Both the position numbers and the translations under genes were made by a program. Below are positions 63,645 through 64,000 of a DNA stretch of 64,000 nucleotides, piece by piece. The stretch is from Camelus ferus (lineage: Eukaryota): NCBI RefSeq assembly GCF_009834535.1, contig NC_045697.1:58964001-59028000 (forward strand). Direction: 5' to 3'. The number at the start of each line of letters is the position of its first letter. The stretch's first letter is position 1. Under the pieces are notes generated by a model that did not search any database, was not told the origin of the DNA, and saw only the letters and a program-made list of their open reading frames with translations.

Positions 63645-63765
63645 CTTTCAAGTAAAAACGTATCATAAATGTTTCTCCACAGAATGAAAATATTTGTAAA
63701 TTGTTACTGTTTTCTGCTATTCAGAGAATAGAAGAAAGGAATCCACATATTGATGGAACACATCT
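63645..63765 (-). pseudogene. Exon remnant MCSINMWIPFFYSLNSRKQ*QFTNIFILWRNIYDTFLLE
   Basis: cttttattttggtatttag| ... AAAG|gtaatt; 121 nt; stops in all frames (one in the best frame). Confidence 0.6.
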
Positions 63766-64000
63766 CTAAATACCAAAATAAAAGCCTGTTTATTCATCAA
63801 GTTTCACTACTTCATAAGATTCAAAATGTTCTGTTATTTTTAAATATAGCACTGCCATTATATACATGAAACTCGAAACTTCTGATAAAAACTTTATTTT
63901 CTTAGCGTTCAATCATCATCACCCCTTACAGAAATAAGATAAATATTTTAAGGCAGATAAATGAAATGTATATATCTTAAATGACTAACCTCCCAACCCA

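Larger units (their letters stand above)
129..63765 (-). pseudogene. Multi-exon decayed gene (putative unitary pseudogene), RGS22/RGSL1-like multi-RGS-domain protein; probably extends beyond both ends of the window
   Basis: About 40 minus-strand exon-like blocks in non-repeat DNA with acceptor/donor signals, runs of phase-compatible exons, recurrent RGS-like peptides, and scattered in-frame stops and frameshifts. Family similarity is judged by eye from recalled RGS22/RGSL1 sequences. Confidence 0.7.

Noticed and set aside
129..63765. Calling the locus RGS22 or RGSL1 itself
   Set aside because: Similarity is limited to scattered motifs, far below mammalian orthologue identity, and motif order is not globally colinear. 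No gene symbol is assigned.
129..63765. Intact gene with sequencing errors
   Set aside because: Disruptions are mainly substitution stops in many exons rather than only homopolymer indels, so assembly error cannot explain them all.
1..64000. ORF-track entries as standalone genes
   Set aside because: All are 102 aa or shorter, and many lie in L1, L2, LTR or microsatellite sequence or are antisense to exon remnants; only a few minus-strand ORFs coincide with exon remnants.
1..64000. Prokaryotic systems (CRISPR array, operon, IS element) or tRNA/rRNA genes
   Set aside because: The sequence is clearly mammalian, and no regularly spaced repeats or structured RNA genes were seen.

Overview
This is AT-rich, CpG-depleted eutherian genomic DNA with no intact protein-coding gene, CpG island or RNA gene that I can support. 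Much of it is old repeats (L1M/L1MB-ME, L2, MIR, MLT1A, MER45, MER58, one ERV1-type solo LTR with a 4-bp TSD). No Alu, B1/B2, SINEC, PRE-1, CHR or Bov-tA SINE was recognised; together with an artiodactyl-looking LTR, this tentatively suggests a camelid. The main observation comes from reading the unique sequence on the minus strand. About 40 exon-like segments run across the whole window, most with a polypyrimidine-AG acceptor and a GT donor, and several runs have compatible splice phases. Their translations repeatedly resemble RGS (regulator of G-protein signalling) domain helices and, from my memory of those proteins, the atypical multi-RGS proteins RGS22 and RGSL1. Most exons carry a few stops or 1-bp frameshifts. 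The best reading is a large decayed unitary pseudogene of an unnamed RGS22/RGSL1-like multi-RGS-domain gene that extends beyond both window ends. All clearly oriented L1 and LTR insertions lie antisense to it, which independently supports a formerly transcribed minus-strand gene. The family assignment is by eye and needs HMM/tblastn confirmation, and individual exon calls could include chance splice signals.
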